From a virus, in the IMG/VR virus record IMGVR_UViG_3300021963_000062, positions 33,016 to 97,015 of that record: 64,000 nt of DNA, one strand, 5' to 3'. The notes beneath the pieces were generated by a model. The model was not told the origin of the DNA. It searched no databases and was given only the letters and a program-made list of their open reading frames with translations. A program made the position numbers and the translations under genes. Within the stretch, counting starts at the first letter, position 1, and the number at the start of each line of letters is the position of its first letter. Of the stretch, positions 27,487 through 36,985 are shown piece by piece.

Positions 27487-28119
27487 TTAATTGTCAACTT
27501 CATAACAAAAAACAGATAATCCTATTTTATGTTTATGAGTATTACTAGATGAATGAAGTTGTCTTCTATTCCAAACTATACAATCTCCTGGATTCCATTC
27601 AACAATATTGTTAACAGTTAATCCATGCATATTTTCATATGGTAGATGTGAAAGATATTTTTCATATATTACCTTATCAAAAGGTTGATCATTATAATTC
27701 TTTATTTTAGAATAATCGGCAACTCTATCATCTCTTTTGTATGTGGATCCCCCACCATCATATATGTTTTTGCCTTTTACAAATTTAGAAGCGTTACCTT
27801 CCCAATAATTATCAAAAAATACTGTACTGCCACCATCAGAAACCAAAGGAAATAAGTATTGTATACTTGGTTTTAATTTACCATATCCACTATCAACATG
27901 TACCTGAAAAATTCCTCTCCAAGTTTCTAAATAAAAAACTTCTTCTACTAAAGAATCAACTGTTTTTTCAATTATATATTGAGGCCAATCAGTAACATTC
28001 CAAATCGGATGTTTACTTGAAACGTTTTCGTTAGTTTCTTTTAGATTATCATCAGAATGATAAAAATCTAAAAGTTTTTTAATGTCTTCAGAAGATAATA
28101 CATTTTTTAAGATATTCAT
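27487..28119 (-). CDS. 2OG-Fe(II) oxygenase-like protein
   Basis: HVD...W.PGD...WNR.QLHSS. Confidence 0.55.
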   Translation of the reverse strand: MNILKNVLSSEDIKKLLDFYHSDDNLKETNENVSSKHPIWNVTDWPQYIIEKTVDSLVEEVFYLETWRGIFQVHVDSGYGKLKPSIQYLFPLVSDGGSTVFFDNYWEGNASKFVKGKNIYDGGGSTYKRDDRVADYSKIKNYNDQPFDKVIYEKYLSHLPYENMHGLTVNNIVEWNPGDCIVWNRRQLHSSSNTHKHKIGLSVFCYEVDN

Positions 28120-28120
28120 C

Positions 28121-29263
28121 TTAAATATTAATTGACATTATACTAATATCTTTAGGTGGTTTACCAAATCTAACTTTGTCGCCATACTTCTCAGATAGAT
28201 GGTCCAATTGTTTGATGATAGATTCAACGTCATCAATGTAAACGGTATAACCTTCATTCAGAAGATCTACACAAAGACGGTATTGTTGACTCTCGGTTAG
28301 AATATCAGTTCCTTTTTTATAGGAAACATATTCAAAATAAAATGGGCGACTATCCGTATTTTTCTTTAAGAAATACTTTTTGAGGAACTTTGCATGTTCA
28401 TCATTAAAGTTATCAGTAGTCTCACCCAAATTATAATTCAAACCTTGTTTCTTTGCAAATGCAGCAAAGGATCGGTTATCTCTTGGAAGACATGGGCCAC
28501 CAAACCCATATCCATAGTTCAAATATTTATTACCAACTCTAGAGTCGTTGCCGATGGCATTAAGAACGGTCTCAATCTCATTTTCCAAACCAGCCATGAT
28601 CATTACTTCACCAACCATGTTTGCATAACTGATCTTAGTAGTCAGATAACAATTCACTGCGAGTTTAACAAGTTCTGCAGCAGTTGTTGACATGCAACTA
28701 ATCTTTGGTTTGGTAACTTGAATCTTCTTATACATCTCAGATAGAGAATGCATAACTTCTTCATTATCACCACCGATCAGAACCATATCTGCATGAGTAA
28801 GATCTTTAATGATGGATCCCTGTGCGATAAATTCTGGATTGTAAATAACACTTACACCATAAGACTTAAGTTGTTCTTGGAACCTTGCACAATCTCCTGG
28901 ATTTGTAGTACATCCAACAACAAATGTCTTACCAGAAACATCACCAGCAGTTTGAATATCGCGGATGACATCATAGACTGCGTTTACATTATAAGAACCA
29001 TCATCTAAAGATGGAGTTGCAACAAGAGTAAAGATAATATTACACTCTCTGATAACTCTTTTATTATCAGTTGTCGCTTCAATGTTGCGAGCTTCTTTCA
29101 AGTGTTCTGCAACATGAGGTTCCGCAGTTTCTATGATTTTTTTATTGAGGTTTTCTACATAATCCTCACGAATGTCTGAGACCAGGACATCATATCCTGC
29201 ATTCTCCATAAGGAGTGCAAGACAGATTCCCAGTCTCCCTGCGCCGATTAATCCTATTTTCAT
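28121..29263 (-). CDS. ugd: UDP-glucose/GDP-mannose 6-dehydrogenase family
   Basis: GAGRLG, NPEF, AELVK, GFGGPCLPRD. Confidence 0.85.
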   Translation of the reverse strand: MKIGLIGAGRLGICLALLMENAGYDVLVSDIREDYVENLNKKIIETAEPHVAEHLKEARNIEATTDNKRVIRECNIIFTLVATPSLDDGSYNVNAVYDVIRDIQTAGDVSGKTFVVGCTTNPGDCARFQEQLKSYGVSVIYNPEFIAQGSIIKDLTHADMVLIGGDNEEVMHSLSEMYKKIQVTKPKISCMSTTAAELVKLAVNCYLTTKISYANMVGEVMIMAGLENEIETVLNAIGNDSRVGNKYLNYGYGFGGPCLPRDNRSFAAFAKKQGLNYNLGETTDNFNDEHAKFLKKYFLKKNTDSRPFYFEYVSYKKGTDILTESQQYRLCVDLLNEGYTVYIDDVESIIKQLDHLSEKYGDKVRFGKPPKDISIMSINI

Positions 29264-30051
29264 AGCTTGAATGTGGGAATTTCTACCATCTTATGTTTGT
29301 TTTGCATGTGAAACTTCTGATACACATTGATTGCATTAGTTTGTTCTTCATTGAATGTTAGTGGATCTTCTAAGAGACCCCTTTCCATAACCCACTCAAG
29401 AAGTGCATAAGAAGTTCCGATCTGATCTTCATCAGTTCTACCATCATCCCAAAGACCATCGGTGGGTGGTGCAGAAACAATTCTCTCATCTACACCTAGA
29501 TGTTCACCAAGCATCCATACTTCAGTCTTGTAGAGATCTGCAATAGGAGCAATATCAATACCACCATCACCGTACTTAGTATAGAAACCTACACCATAAT
29601 CTTCAACTTTATTACCAGTTCCTACGACAATACCATTAACTGTTGTGGCAACTTGGTACAAAGTTACCATACGAAGTCTTGAACGAGTATTGGCTTGTGC
29701 AAGTTTATTAGTTGCAAAATTTTCACCAATATCATTAGATATTGTTTGAAGGAAAGAATCATAGACCGAACTCATATCAGTCTTGATAAACTTTACATTA
29801 CTAAATTTTGACTCCAACCACTTACCATGAGCATCAGAAAGAGACTCCTGATTTTCAAGTTGATTAATAGGCATCCCAACAACGTAAGTTGGCATACCAG
29901 TCAAAGCACAAAGAGTAGAAACCACAGAGGAGTCAATTCCTCCAGAGATTCCTACTACAAGACTCTTAAGTTTAGGATGGGTGATGCAATAATCGGAAAT
30001 CCATTTTACAATCCGATCTTCCAACTCATCATAGTCTTTGATACGATTCAT
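29260..30051 (-). CDS. nadE: NH3-dependent NAD+ synthetase
   Basis: SGGIDS, N.RSRLRM, GTGNKVE, FYTKYGDG, PTDGLW. Confidence 0.92.
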   Translation of the reverse strand: MNRIKDYDELEDRIVKWISDYCITHPKLKSLVVGISGGIDSSVVSTLCALTGMPTYVVGMPINQLENQESLSDAHGKWLESKFSNVKFIKTDMSSVYDSFLQTISNDIGENFATNKLAQANTRSRLRMVTLYQVATTVNGIVVGTGNKVEDYGVGFYTKYGDGGIDIAPIADLYKTEVWMLGEHLGVDERIVSAPPTDGLWDDGRTDEDQIGTSYALLEWVMERGLLEDPLTFNEEQTNAINVYQKFHMQNKHKMVEIPTFKL

Positions 30052-30827
30052 CAGCTCTTTTCCTTTGCGAGAATTACAGTGTTTTCGTAATCTTTATGAG
30101 TAGTGAATTCAAAACGTTCACTCATTCTTTCAGTAAACTTATTATAGTAGAAATCATTAAAGTTGACAAGGTTGTAAATGATGTAAGCAAATTTAGAATC
30201 AGATACTAAATTGTCGTAATATTTTACTTGAGTATCATAGTCACACTCAGAGAGAGCGTAATTACTAATAAACAAATCAACATCTTTGATTTGTTCTACA
30301 TCATCACAACTAACAAACTTACACTTTGAATAAAGTTCTGGGAAGTTTTTGAGATACTTTTCTTGAACTGCAACAGCTTCTGGAAGATCAACCAAAATAT
30401 ATTCATCAAAATCGCAGACCACACTCAAGGTCTTGCAAAGTCCACCGTACCCGCCACCAACTTCTACTACACGACTAATGGGAGACTCCCCTAAGAGAGT
30501 TGCCATCTCAAATACATTCTTGATGTATCTGATTGTAGTGGGAGAGATTTTACCCGTTTCTGGATAAGAGAATTTATCAGGAGTTCCTATAGTATCATTC
30601 TCTTTAAATCCTTCTAGATTTTCTAGAAGTGCATCTCCAGCCATTTCCATAGCAATTTGAAGATACTCTGCACCCTGACGGGGGGTAACATGTTCTAGAA
30701 TATTCTTGTACCCTTGCAGAGATTTAAACTTTGCAAAGATCTCATTATCTGCAACTGCACTACGACAAGTCTCCAGATAATCAACTGCGATTTGTTCTTC
30801 GGCTTCCCAGCCCTTGTAAGTACTCAT
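30051..30827 (-). CDS. putative sugar O-methyltransferase
   Basis: EVGGGYGG, DLPE, DLFISNYALSE. Confidence 0.75.
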   Translation of the reverse strand: MSTYKGWEAEEQIAVDYLETCRSAVADNEIFAKFKSLQGYKNILEHVTPRQGAEYLQIAMEMAGDALLENLEGFKENDTIGTPDKFSYPETGKISPTTIRYIKNVFEMATLLGESPISRVVEVGGGYGGLCKTLSVVCDFDEYILVDLPEAVAVQEKYLKNFPELYSKCKFVSCDDVEQIKDVDLFISNYALSECDYDTQVKYYDNLVSDSKFAYIIYNLVNFNDFYYNKFTERMSERFEFTTHKDYENTVILAKEKS

Positions 30828-31624
30828 TTCCAGTAAGTCTCGTATAGGTAATCTTCTGCAACTTGCAGATTGTTTGCACGTTCAAAGTTATCCTTGATCG
30901 CATCCATTTTAGAATAATAAAGTTCTTCTGTCAAAGTAGAAACATCAAAGTCATCATCCAAGAATATAATACCATCCTCGTTGAAATACTCTGTGACTCC
31001 TTTGCATCCGTAAAAGATGGGAATCGTTCCTGTGGCGAAACAGTCTGTAAGTTTCTCCGTAAAGTATGTATCATAGACGGCATTCTCTACGGCCACAGAA
31101 AACATATAATCTTTTATGCCCTCTTCTTTACGGGGAAGATCACGGAATCCGCGACCATAAAGATCAACTTGGTCTTTAAACTTATTCACAAACTCAAGTC
31201 TCTTACGATGACCAGGAACCATAGACTTGTTTGAAGAGATCATGGAGACTAGTTTAGTCTTCTCATAGATCTGGCGTTCTTCAATCCAAGGAGCTGCATT
31301 ACTTAGTGCATACTGAAACTTAGGATATTTTTCACAAAGTTCTTTATCACAACTTAGAATACCATCCACTCTGGAAGCAACAAAGTCGTAGTTTGCAAGA
31401 ATCCAATCATAAACATTTTGAATAATTTGTTTTGATTCTAAAAGCCAGATGTACTTGGGTGTTGAAGAAACATCCTGAAGTATATCTAGTGATCTTTGAT
31501 TTACATAAAGACTTACTGCACCAGAACCATCATAGACCCACTCAGTAAACTTAGAAGTATTTTTATCTGAGGTTGATGGTTTAAGTGAATCGTTGCAGTA
31601 CAGATTAATTTTGAACTTCGTCAT
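30824..31624 (-). CDS. GT10-like fucosyltransferase-domain protein
   Basis: YMFSVAVEN....YFTEKL.DCF..GTIPIFYG. Confidence 0.75.
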   Translation of the reverse strand: MTKFKINLYCNDSLKPSTSDKNTSKFTEWVYDGSGAVSLYVNQRSLDILQDVSSTPKYIWLLESKQIIQNVYDWILANYDFVASRVDGILSCDKELCEKYPKFQYALSNAAPWIEERQIYEKTKLVSMISSNKSMVPGHRKRLEFVNKFKDQVDLYGRGFRDLPRKEEGIKDYMFSVAVENAVYDTYFTEKLTDCFATGTIPIFYGCKGVTEYFNEDGIIFLDDDFDVSTLTEELYYSKMDAIKDNFERANNLQVAEDYLYETYWK

Positions 31625-31817
31625 CTTTCTTTTTATTAAATCCAAATGGAAGAGTCTCTTCCAGTTTAAGTTTCAGTGCAAGTCCACCGACTGCTTCCAT
31701 AACTTTTAGAACATCTTCTGGTTTTGCACCTTCACCAAGTTCTTTGGCAATATACCAATACTTAGGCCAGAATTCTTCACCTGCCTTTTGATAATCTTCA
31801 AGAGTCAATAGTTTCAT
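31605..31817 (-). CDS. hypothetical protein
   Basis: Likely start MKLLTLE; FWPKY motif. Confidence 0.6.
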   Translation of the reverse strand: MKLLTLEDYQKAGEEFWPKYWYIAKELGEGAKPEDVLKVMEAVGGLALKLKLEETLPFGFNKKKDDEVQN

Positions 31818-31818
31818 T

Positions 31819-32457
31819 TTACCTCCAAACAATCATTCCACCAACATGCCCATTCTCTGGAATATCAAATTTATATCCAGTTCTATCAAGCCATTCTTTA
31901 GCAGCGAGTCTTTCATGATGATCAAACTGAGGATCATGACCATGCCAATCGTCAAAACGAATGTATAGTTTATCCCACTCACATTTATCCAACCAATTTA
32001 AACAAGAAACAGTTGGTTCATAGATATCAACATCCACATTTACGGCCACTATTTTGCCAATACCATATTCAGATGGATCTTTAAGTTCATGAACATCTTC
32101 AACGAAAAGATTTACATTGGGATATGGTTCAAGTTTTTTATATACCCCAGCAATACTTGTTGGGATATGTGGGTAATCTGGGTCACCAACACGAAAAGCT
32201 CCCTCATGCCAGCCAGCATGACTTGGAAGTGGTTTTGCCGACTCTTCCAAACCTAAGAAATGATCAAAGGCAAATAGTTTACGAGTTGGATTGAATTTAG
32301 CCATTTCTATTGTGGTTTGTGCGGATGCAACTCCAAACTCAATCATATCACCATCTTCCAAATCAATGATTTGTTGAGAAAAATAAGTGATATCGCAACT
32401 TCTATTGTTTTTAAATTCTGGAAAAATATTGTCAATTTCTATAAATTGATCACCCAT
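31819..32457 (-). CDS. TylF/MycF-like O-methyltransferase
   Basis: EFGV, FDHF.GL, DVDIYE, FDD. Confidence 0.75.
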   Translation of the reverse strand: MGDQFIEIDNIFPEFKNNRSCDITYFSQQIIDLEDGDMIEFGVASAQTTIEMAKFNPTRKLFAFDHFLGLEESAKPLPSHAGWHEGAFRVGDPDYPHIPTSIAGVYKKLEPYPNVNLFVEDVHELKDPSEYGIGKIVAVNVDVDIYEPTVSCLNWLDKCEWDKLYIRFDDWHGHDPQFDHHERLAAKEWLDRTGYKFDIPENGHVGGMIVWR

Positions 32458-33307
32458 AACCATACTCCTTTTTCATTTCATTAAAGACTTTTGCAATTCC
32501 ATCCTGAAGGTTGGTCTTTGGCATCCACCAACCAGTAATGTAATTATTGGCTTGATTTCTCTTGTCTAATTGAACACTATCTTTTGCAAGACCGGGTTTA
32601 ATTTTAACCTCATACTTACCAATAAGATTGAACTGACCTTGAATAATTTCTGCAACTTCTTTGATAGTGCTTCCACTGAAAGAAGTGATATGAAGAGGAT
32701 CCTCTGGTTTGAAATCAGTATACGATTCCATAACAGTCTCAAGAGCTTCGCAACAATCTTCCGCATACAAGAACTGACGTTCTTCTGTACCGTCAGTCAT
32801 CATCTCAAATTGACCTTCTTCAAATCCCTTACGAATAAAATCTGTGATTACGTGAGACTTTTCAACATCATGTTCAATGCCATAAACATTCCAGAAGTGA
32901 ACTGTAAGACCCTTGAGTGTTTGGGTATAAATTTCACCAACTCTCTTCATCACGCCATAAGGAGAGTAACTCATGTTACTCATCTGGGATGATGCAAATA
33001 CAAATCTCTTGTTGTACTTTGCAATCAGATCGAATGCATTGACCATCAATCTAGCATTATTATTGATGAAGTCAAAGGTATGTTGATACTTTTTGAGGTA
33101 TCGTGATCCACCAACATCAAATGCAAGGAAGAATACGAAATCACAATCCATAATTACACGATGGAGTTCTGGATTGGGAATTGTTGTCATGTCTTGGTGT
33201 TCACCATTCACAACATCAAACTCATGAACTTCATGACCCTTACCACGAAGATATTCTGTTAGGTAGGCACCGATCTGCCCACTGGAACCTAGTACTGTAA
33301 TTTTCAT
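32450..33307 (-). CDS. NAD-dependent epimerase/dehydratase
   Basis: GSSGQIG, YGVMK, NVYG, RQFLYAED. Confidence 0.85.
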   Translation of the reverse strand: MKITVLGSSGQIGAYLTEYLRGKGHEVHEFDVVNGEHQDMTTIPNPELHRVIMDCDFVFFLAFDVGGSRYLKKYQHTFDFINNNARLMVNAFDLIAKYNKRFVFASSQMSNMSYSPYGVMKRVGEIYTQTLKGLTVHFWNVYGIEHDVEKSHVITDFIRKGFEEGQFEMMTDGTEERQFLYAEDCCEALETVMESYTDFKPEDPLHITSFSGSTIKEVAEIIQGQFNLIGKYEVKIKPGLAKDSVQLDKRNQANNYITGWWMPKTNLQDGIAKVFNEMKKEYGYG

Positions 33308-33876
33308 CAGACAATAGTAATTTCGTGTGCGTTTCCAAAATTGACGATGCCAGTACCACTCATATGAGCAATCTCAGTAACATCAAACTTCTCTTCAGGA
33401 ATCTCATCCCACATCAACTGAATATCGGGCCAACCAGGGCCAATGTCATCGTGAATCAAAATACCTTTCCAACCTTTATCACGCAACCAATCCATCATAA
33501 CTCGTTCTTGAGCTCCATCATGAGGATCTACATCAATCATGACGATGGGAATGTTATCCCAATCAAGAGTTTCATCTTCCATGAAGTCCTGAATTTTCCA
33601 GGTGATATTATCCTTCTTAATGGAACTTGCACCCTGTTCTACAAGATCATAACTAATTACTTGATTAGTTGGATTATAAGAAAGAGCAAGAGCGGATCCA
33701 CCAGTACGAGTACCAACATCCAGAATTGTTTTTTTATTAAAAAACGTAGAGAGATAGGCATAAAGTCTATACTCACTTTGACCAGCAGGAAGCCAATCAT
33801 TTTGATTAAGGGACATATCTCTCAGATGTCCAATATCCAACTCTTTAACGTGATCTTTTACAATTTCAATTTTCAT
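33307..33876 (-). CDS. class I SAM methyltransferase
   Basis: LDVGTRTGGS, IDVDPHDG, DDI. Confidence 0.7.
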   Translation of the reverse strand: MKIEIVKDHVKELDIGHLRDMSLNQNDWLPAGQSEYRLYAYLSTFFNKKTILDVGTRTGGSALALSYNPTNQVISYDLVEQGASSIKKDNITWKIQDFMEDETLDWDNIPIVMIDVDPHDGAQERVMMDWLRDKGWKGILIHDDIGPGWPDIQLMWDEIPEEKFDVTEIAHMSGTGIVNFGNAHEITIV

Positions 33877-34927
33877 TGTTCTTTTTAGCAATTTGTTCAG
33901 AAATCCATGCGTATGTCTTACGAATACCTTCCTCAAGAGTCTGTTGATAATCCCAACCGAGTTCTCTACGAATTACATCGTTGTTGGAATTACGTCCACG
34001 AACACCAAGAGGAGCATCTAGTTTATGATTCTTCTCTACGTTCTTACCAGCAACCTTTGCAGCAGTCTCTACCAATTGGTTGATAGTGACCATTTCTTCG
34101 GAACCAATATTAACTGGGCCAATGAAATCCGAATCCATCAATCTTCTAGATGCTTCAATGCATTCGTCAATGTACAGGAAGGAACGAGTTTGTAGGCCGT
34201 CTCCCCACACCTCAATGGTTCCACCTTCCTCTGGGAGGAGAGCGACTTTACGGCAGATTGCAGCTGGTGCTTTCTCTCTTCCACCGTCCCAGGTTCCTTC
34301 TGGTCCAAAGATATTATGATACCTAGTAACCCGAACAGGCATCCCGTAATTACGATGATAAGCGAAAAAGAGTCGCTCTGAGAACAACTTCTCCCAACCA
34401 TATTCAGAATCTGGGTTAGCAGGGTAGGCTGATTCTTCACGGCAGTCAGGGTTATCTGGATCTAGTTGATTATGTTCTGGATACATACATGCCGATCCAG
34501 AATAGAAGATTTTAGTTCGAATTGTACCGACTCTTTCATTCATCTGACGTTGCATTTCAAGAACATTCAGATTAATTTGAACTGAGTTGTGCATAATGTC
34601 TGCATCATTTTCTCCAGTAAAGACAAAACCTGCACCACCCATATCAGCAGCGAACTGATAGATTTCATCAAAAGGTTGGATATAACGATAAGGAACATGG
34701 TTATAAAAATTACCACGGTCTCCCTTATATTCCAGAACACGACGAACAAAATCTACATCACGAAGATCTCCGCGAATAAACTCATTAGCTGCAGAGTCAG
34801 AATACTCCGGATATTTAAGGTCTACACCACGAACCCAATATCCTTCGGATCGCAGTCTCTTAACCATATGACTTCCAATAAAGCCACCGGCACCGAGTAC
34901 AAGTGCCTTCTTAATATATTGACTCAT
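33866..34927 (-). CDS. GDP-mannose 3,5-epimerase-like NAD epimerase
   Basis: GAGGFIG, ADMGG, SAC.YP, YGWEK, GGREKAPAA.CRK, GVRGRNS. Confidence 0.88.
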   Translation of the reverse strand: MSQYIKKALVLGAGGFIGSHMVKRLRSEGYWVRGVDLKYPEYSDSAANEFIRGDLRDVDFVRRVLEYKGDRGNFYNHVPYRYIQPFDEIYQFAADMGGAGFVFTGENDADIMHNSVQINLNVLEMQRQMNERVGTIRTKIFYSGSACMYPEHNQLDPDNPDCREESAYPANPDSEYGWEKLFSERLFFAYHRNYGMPVRVTRYHNIFGPEGTWDGGREKAPAAICRKVALLPEEGGTIEVWGDGLQTRSFLYIDECIEASRRLMDSDFIGPVNIGSEEMVTINQLVETAAKVAGKNVEKNHKLDAPLGVRGRNSNNDVIRRELGWDYQQTLEEGIRKTYAWISEQIAKKNNEN

Positions 34928-34961
34928 TTTTTGATCAAAAATAATAATCTCAATAGTATAT

Positions 34962-34998
34962 ATTATACTAAAAAAGGTGGGTTTATGCAACCCACCTC
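34962..34998 (-). terminator. terminator with embedded sigma70 promoter
   Basis: AGGTGGGTT..AACCCACCT-TTTTT; TTGCAT-17bp-TATAAT. Confidence 0.7.
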
Positions 34999-35002
34999 TA
35001 AA

Positions 35003-35102
35003 ACTCAGGCTCGCCACTTGTTTTGAGTACGAGAAAACAAGAAACTCGGCGGGGTTAACCCCATCCGCACCACTTATTTTTTATCGGAAAAATAAGAAAC
35101 CG
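35003..35102 (-). ncRNA. wcaG RNA motif
   Basis: Two pseudoknot units each followed by UGGYG, upstream of an NAD epimerase gene. Confidence 0.75.
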
Positions 35103-35247
35103 AATATTTGTCCCATAAAATATCATAATAATAATAAAGAAGAAACAATCCTATATGAATTGTTAATGACATAGAAAATCCAGTAAACATTGAAGTAAAC
35201 AAGATTGCTAATATTCTATATCCTAAAGACTTCCAGAGTAATTTCAT
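35074..35247 (-). CDS. small membrane protein (57 aa, DUF2061-like)
   Basis: Read by hand: MKLLWKSLGYRILAILF...YYYYDILW. Confidence 0.55.
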   Translation of the reverse strand: MKLLWKSLGYRILAILFTSMFTGFSMSLTIHIGLFLLYYYYDILWDKYSVSYFSDKK

Positions 35248-35287
35248 AGTACAAAAAAATAAAGGAGGGTCATATTGACTCCACCAC

Positions 35288-35521
35288 CTAGTTTGACTTA
35301 ACTAGGAAAAGTTGGATTAGTTTTGGTATCTCAATAGCAGCATAGAAACCACATAAGAAAAGAATGTCCCAAAACTTATATTTGATAGCAAAAGGAACGA
35401 CAAAGACATTCCCGATGCATTTAACAAATAATCCGATTTTCATATCTCCCCATAGTAGGAAAAAATATCCTGATAAAAGAAGGAGATTACCAATGTATCG
35501 GAATACATTAGATTTCGTCAT
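35288..35521 (-). CDS. small membrane protein
   Basis: 77 aa, three hydrophobic segments. Confidence 0.65.
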   Translation of the reverse strand: MTKSNVFRYIGNLLLLSGYFFLLWGDMKIGLFVKCIGNVFVVPFAIKYKFWDILFLCGFYAAIEIPKLIQLFLVKSN

Positions 35522-35564
35522 AAGGGGTTTGCTCCCGACCAGTGCTGTTTAAGTCCATCCGTGA

Positions 35565-36092
35565 CTATAAAAATGAACACCATCCAGTTACCACATATTT
35601 TGTTTCTGTTTTAGATACAATTCCATAGTGACTATGTGTCCAACCAGCAGGCCAAATACACAAATCTCCAGTTCTTGCAGATTTCTTAAAATCTTGTTGA
35701 GGCCAATAGGTTTCCCCACCATCCTTAACATCATTTAAGTAAATCATCCAAGCAAGAATTCTTTTACAATCATAATCATCCTTACCATGTTCCATGTGTT
35801 CTGGGTAATATGCTTGACCAGGTAAATACTTTTGCAAATTATAATTTTTAGAAATTCCCCAAGGTGCATATAATGTCTTAAGAAATTTATGTTTTTCCAT
35901 ATACTCATTTACATTTTTTTGAACAATATCGGTCAAAAATTTGTGAGGTGTAGTAGTTACAGAAGAACTGACCAAAAAATAAAAATTATTAAAAGATTTA
36001 CGAGAACTATCAATATATTCAATTACTGAATTACATTGATTTAAAGTTAATGATTTTTCTTTTACATAAATGTAATTTTTAGTCTCGGACAT
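35565..36092 (-). CDS. 2OG-Fe(II) oxygenase (P4H-like)
   Basis: HME, WMIYLNDV..GGET, WPAGWTHSH, KYVVTGW. Confidence 0.88.
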   Translation of the reverse strand: MSETKNYIYVKEKSLTLNQCNSVIEYIDSSRKSFNNFYFLVSSSVTTTPHKFLTDIVQKNVNEYMEKHKFLKTLYAPWGISKNYNLQKYLPGQAYYPEHMEHGKDDYDCKRILAWMIYLNDVKDGGETYWPQQDFKKSARTGDLCIWPAGWTHSHYGIVSKTETKYVVTGWCSFL

Positions 36093-36318
36093 AACATGGA
36101 ACTCTATCTGGATCTAGCCATTTCGCATATTCAATGTCTTCCATTGCAGTAGTGCATTGTAGACCATTATCAAAAAGATAAATGTCATTCCAACGTTTGG
36201 TGTAGTGATCTTTCTTTTGCATTCTATAATCAGGCATACCATTTAATTCAATGATACCCTTTTGAACAAACCTATACCCTTCTCGTTCAAGAAGAACTTT
36301 AGGAAGTGTTTCAATCAC
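36079..36318 (-). CDS. conserved cyanophage hypothetical protein
   Basis: NGMPDYR...W.DIYLFDN..QC. Confidence 0.65.
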   Translation of the reverse strand: MIETLPKVLLEREGYRFVQKGIIELNGMPDYRMQKKDHYTKRWNDIYLFDNGLQCTTAMEDIEYAKWLDPDRVPCYVRD

Positions 36319-36536
36319 GATGCGATGGCTCCTTCAGCTTCAAGATCTGCATAGATATAATCAATCAACATCTCGTAGTCATCCAGAGGATCTCCAGAAA
36401 AAATTACACCATTAGATTCATAGAACTTGCGAACTTTCTTGAAGAGTTTTGGATTTTTTACATCCAGATAAGATTCTCCATTCGCAGCAGACTTCAGAGT
36501 TTGAATATCTTTCTTGAATTTTGCGGTCAGTGACAT
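36315..36536 (-). CDS. conserved cyanophage hypothetical protein
   Basis: Start MSLTAKFKKD, downstream of a promoter. Confidence 0.65.
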   Translation of the reverse strand: MSLTAKFKKDIQTLKSAANGESYLDVKNPKLFKKVRKFYESNGVIFSGDPLDDYEMLIDYIYADLEAEGAIAS

Positions 36537-36560
36537 TTGTTTGAATTTGTTTACCTTGTT

Positions 36561-36589
36561 ATTATAGGGTGTTGACTTGAAGAAGTCAA
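36561..36589 (-). promoter_or_regulatory. sigma70 promoter
   Basis: TTGACT-17bp-TATAAT; -35 lies in the hairpin TTGACTT-CTTC-AAGTCAA. Confidence 0.75.
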
Positions 36590-36614
36590 GGAGGACAGTT
36601 CGGTTTCTGTCCAA

Positions 36615-36687
36615 TGCTGGTTGAGGGGATCGAACCCACCTATATCCGATTATGAGTCGGGTGCTTTCACCAGATAGCTAAACCAGC
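36615..36687 (-). tRNA. tRNA with CAT anticodon (Ile2-like or Met)
   Basis: GCTGGTT/AACCAGC acceptor, CCGA-CTCATAA-TCGG, GGTTCGA. Confidence 0.9.
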
Positions 36688-36698
36688 AATAAAAATTA

Positions 36699-36872
36699 TT
36701 AGGGAGCTTCGTTATTCATGTCGGTATGAATTCTTACGAACTCATCATCTGCAGGAACCATTACTGCAGTATGGCCATTCTCGTTTATTATACCTATTCT
36801 TTCTCCATTTTCAACTCTTTCAATCATTTCTTCCCAGCGTTCCTGAAACTCTTGCACTGTGTAGATTTCCAT
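36699..36872 (-). CDS. Phd/YefM-antitoxin-like small protein (57 aa)
   Basis: Read by hand: TVQEF....MIERVENGERIGI..ENGHTAVMVP. Confidence 0.55.
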   Translation of the reverse strand: MEIYTVQEFQERWEEMIERVENGERIGIINENGHTAVMVPADDEFVRIHTDMNNEAP

Positions 36873-36880
36873 AGTTTTTG

Positions 36881-36888
36881 TATTTATA
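36881..36888 (-). promoter_or_regulatory. T4-type late promoter
   Basis: TATAAATA. Confidence 0.65.
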
Positions 36889-36890
36889 AG

Positions 36891-36964
36891 TCGGGATGAT
36901 AGGATTTGAACCTACGGCCCCTCGCTCCCAAAGCGAGTGCTCTACCAAACTGAGCTACATCCCG
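36891..36964 (-). tRNA. tRNA-Pro(TGG)
   Basis: CGGGATG acceptor, CTCGC-TTTGGGA-GCGAG. Confidence 0.95.
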
Positions 36965-36985
36965 ATTTACTAGTATATAGTAACA

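Noticed and set aside
34977-35174. Plus-strand 65-aa ORF
   Set aside because: Antisense to the wcaG RNA and to a better minus-strand ORF
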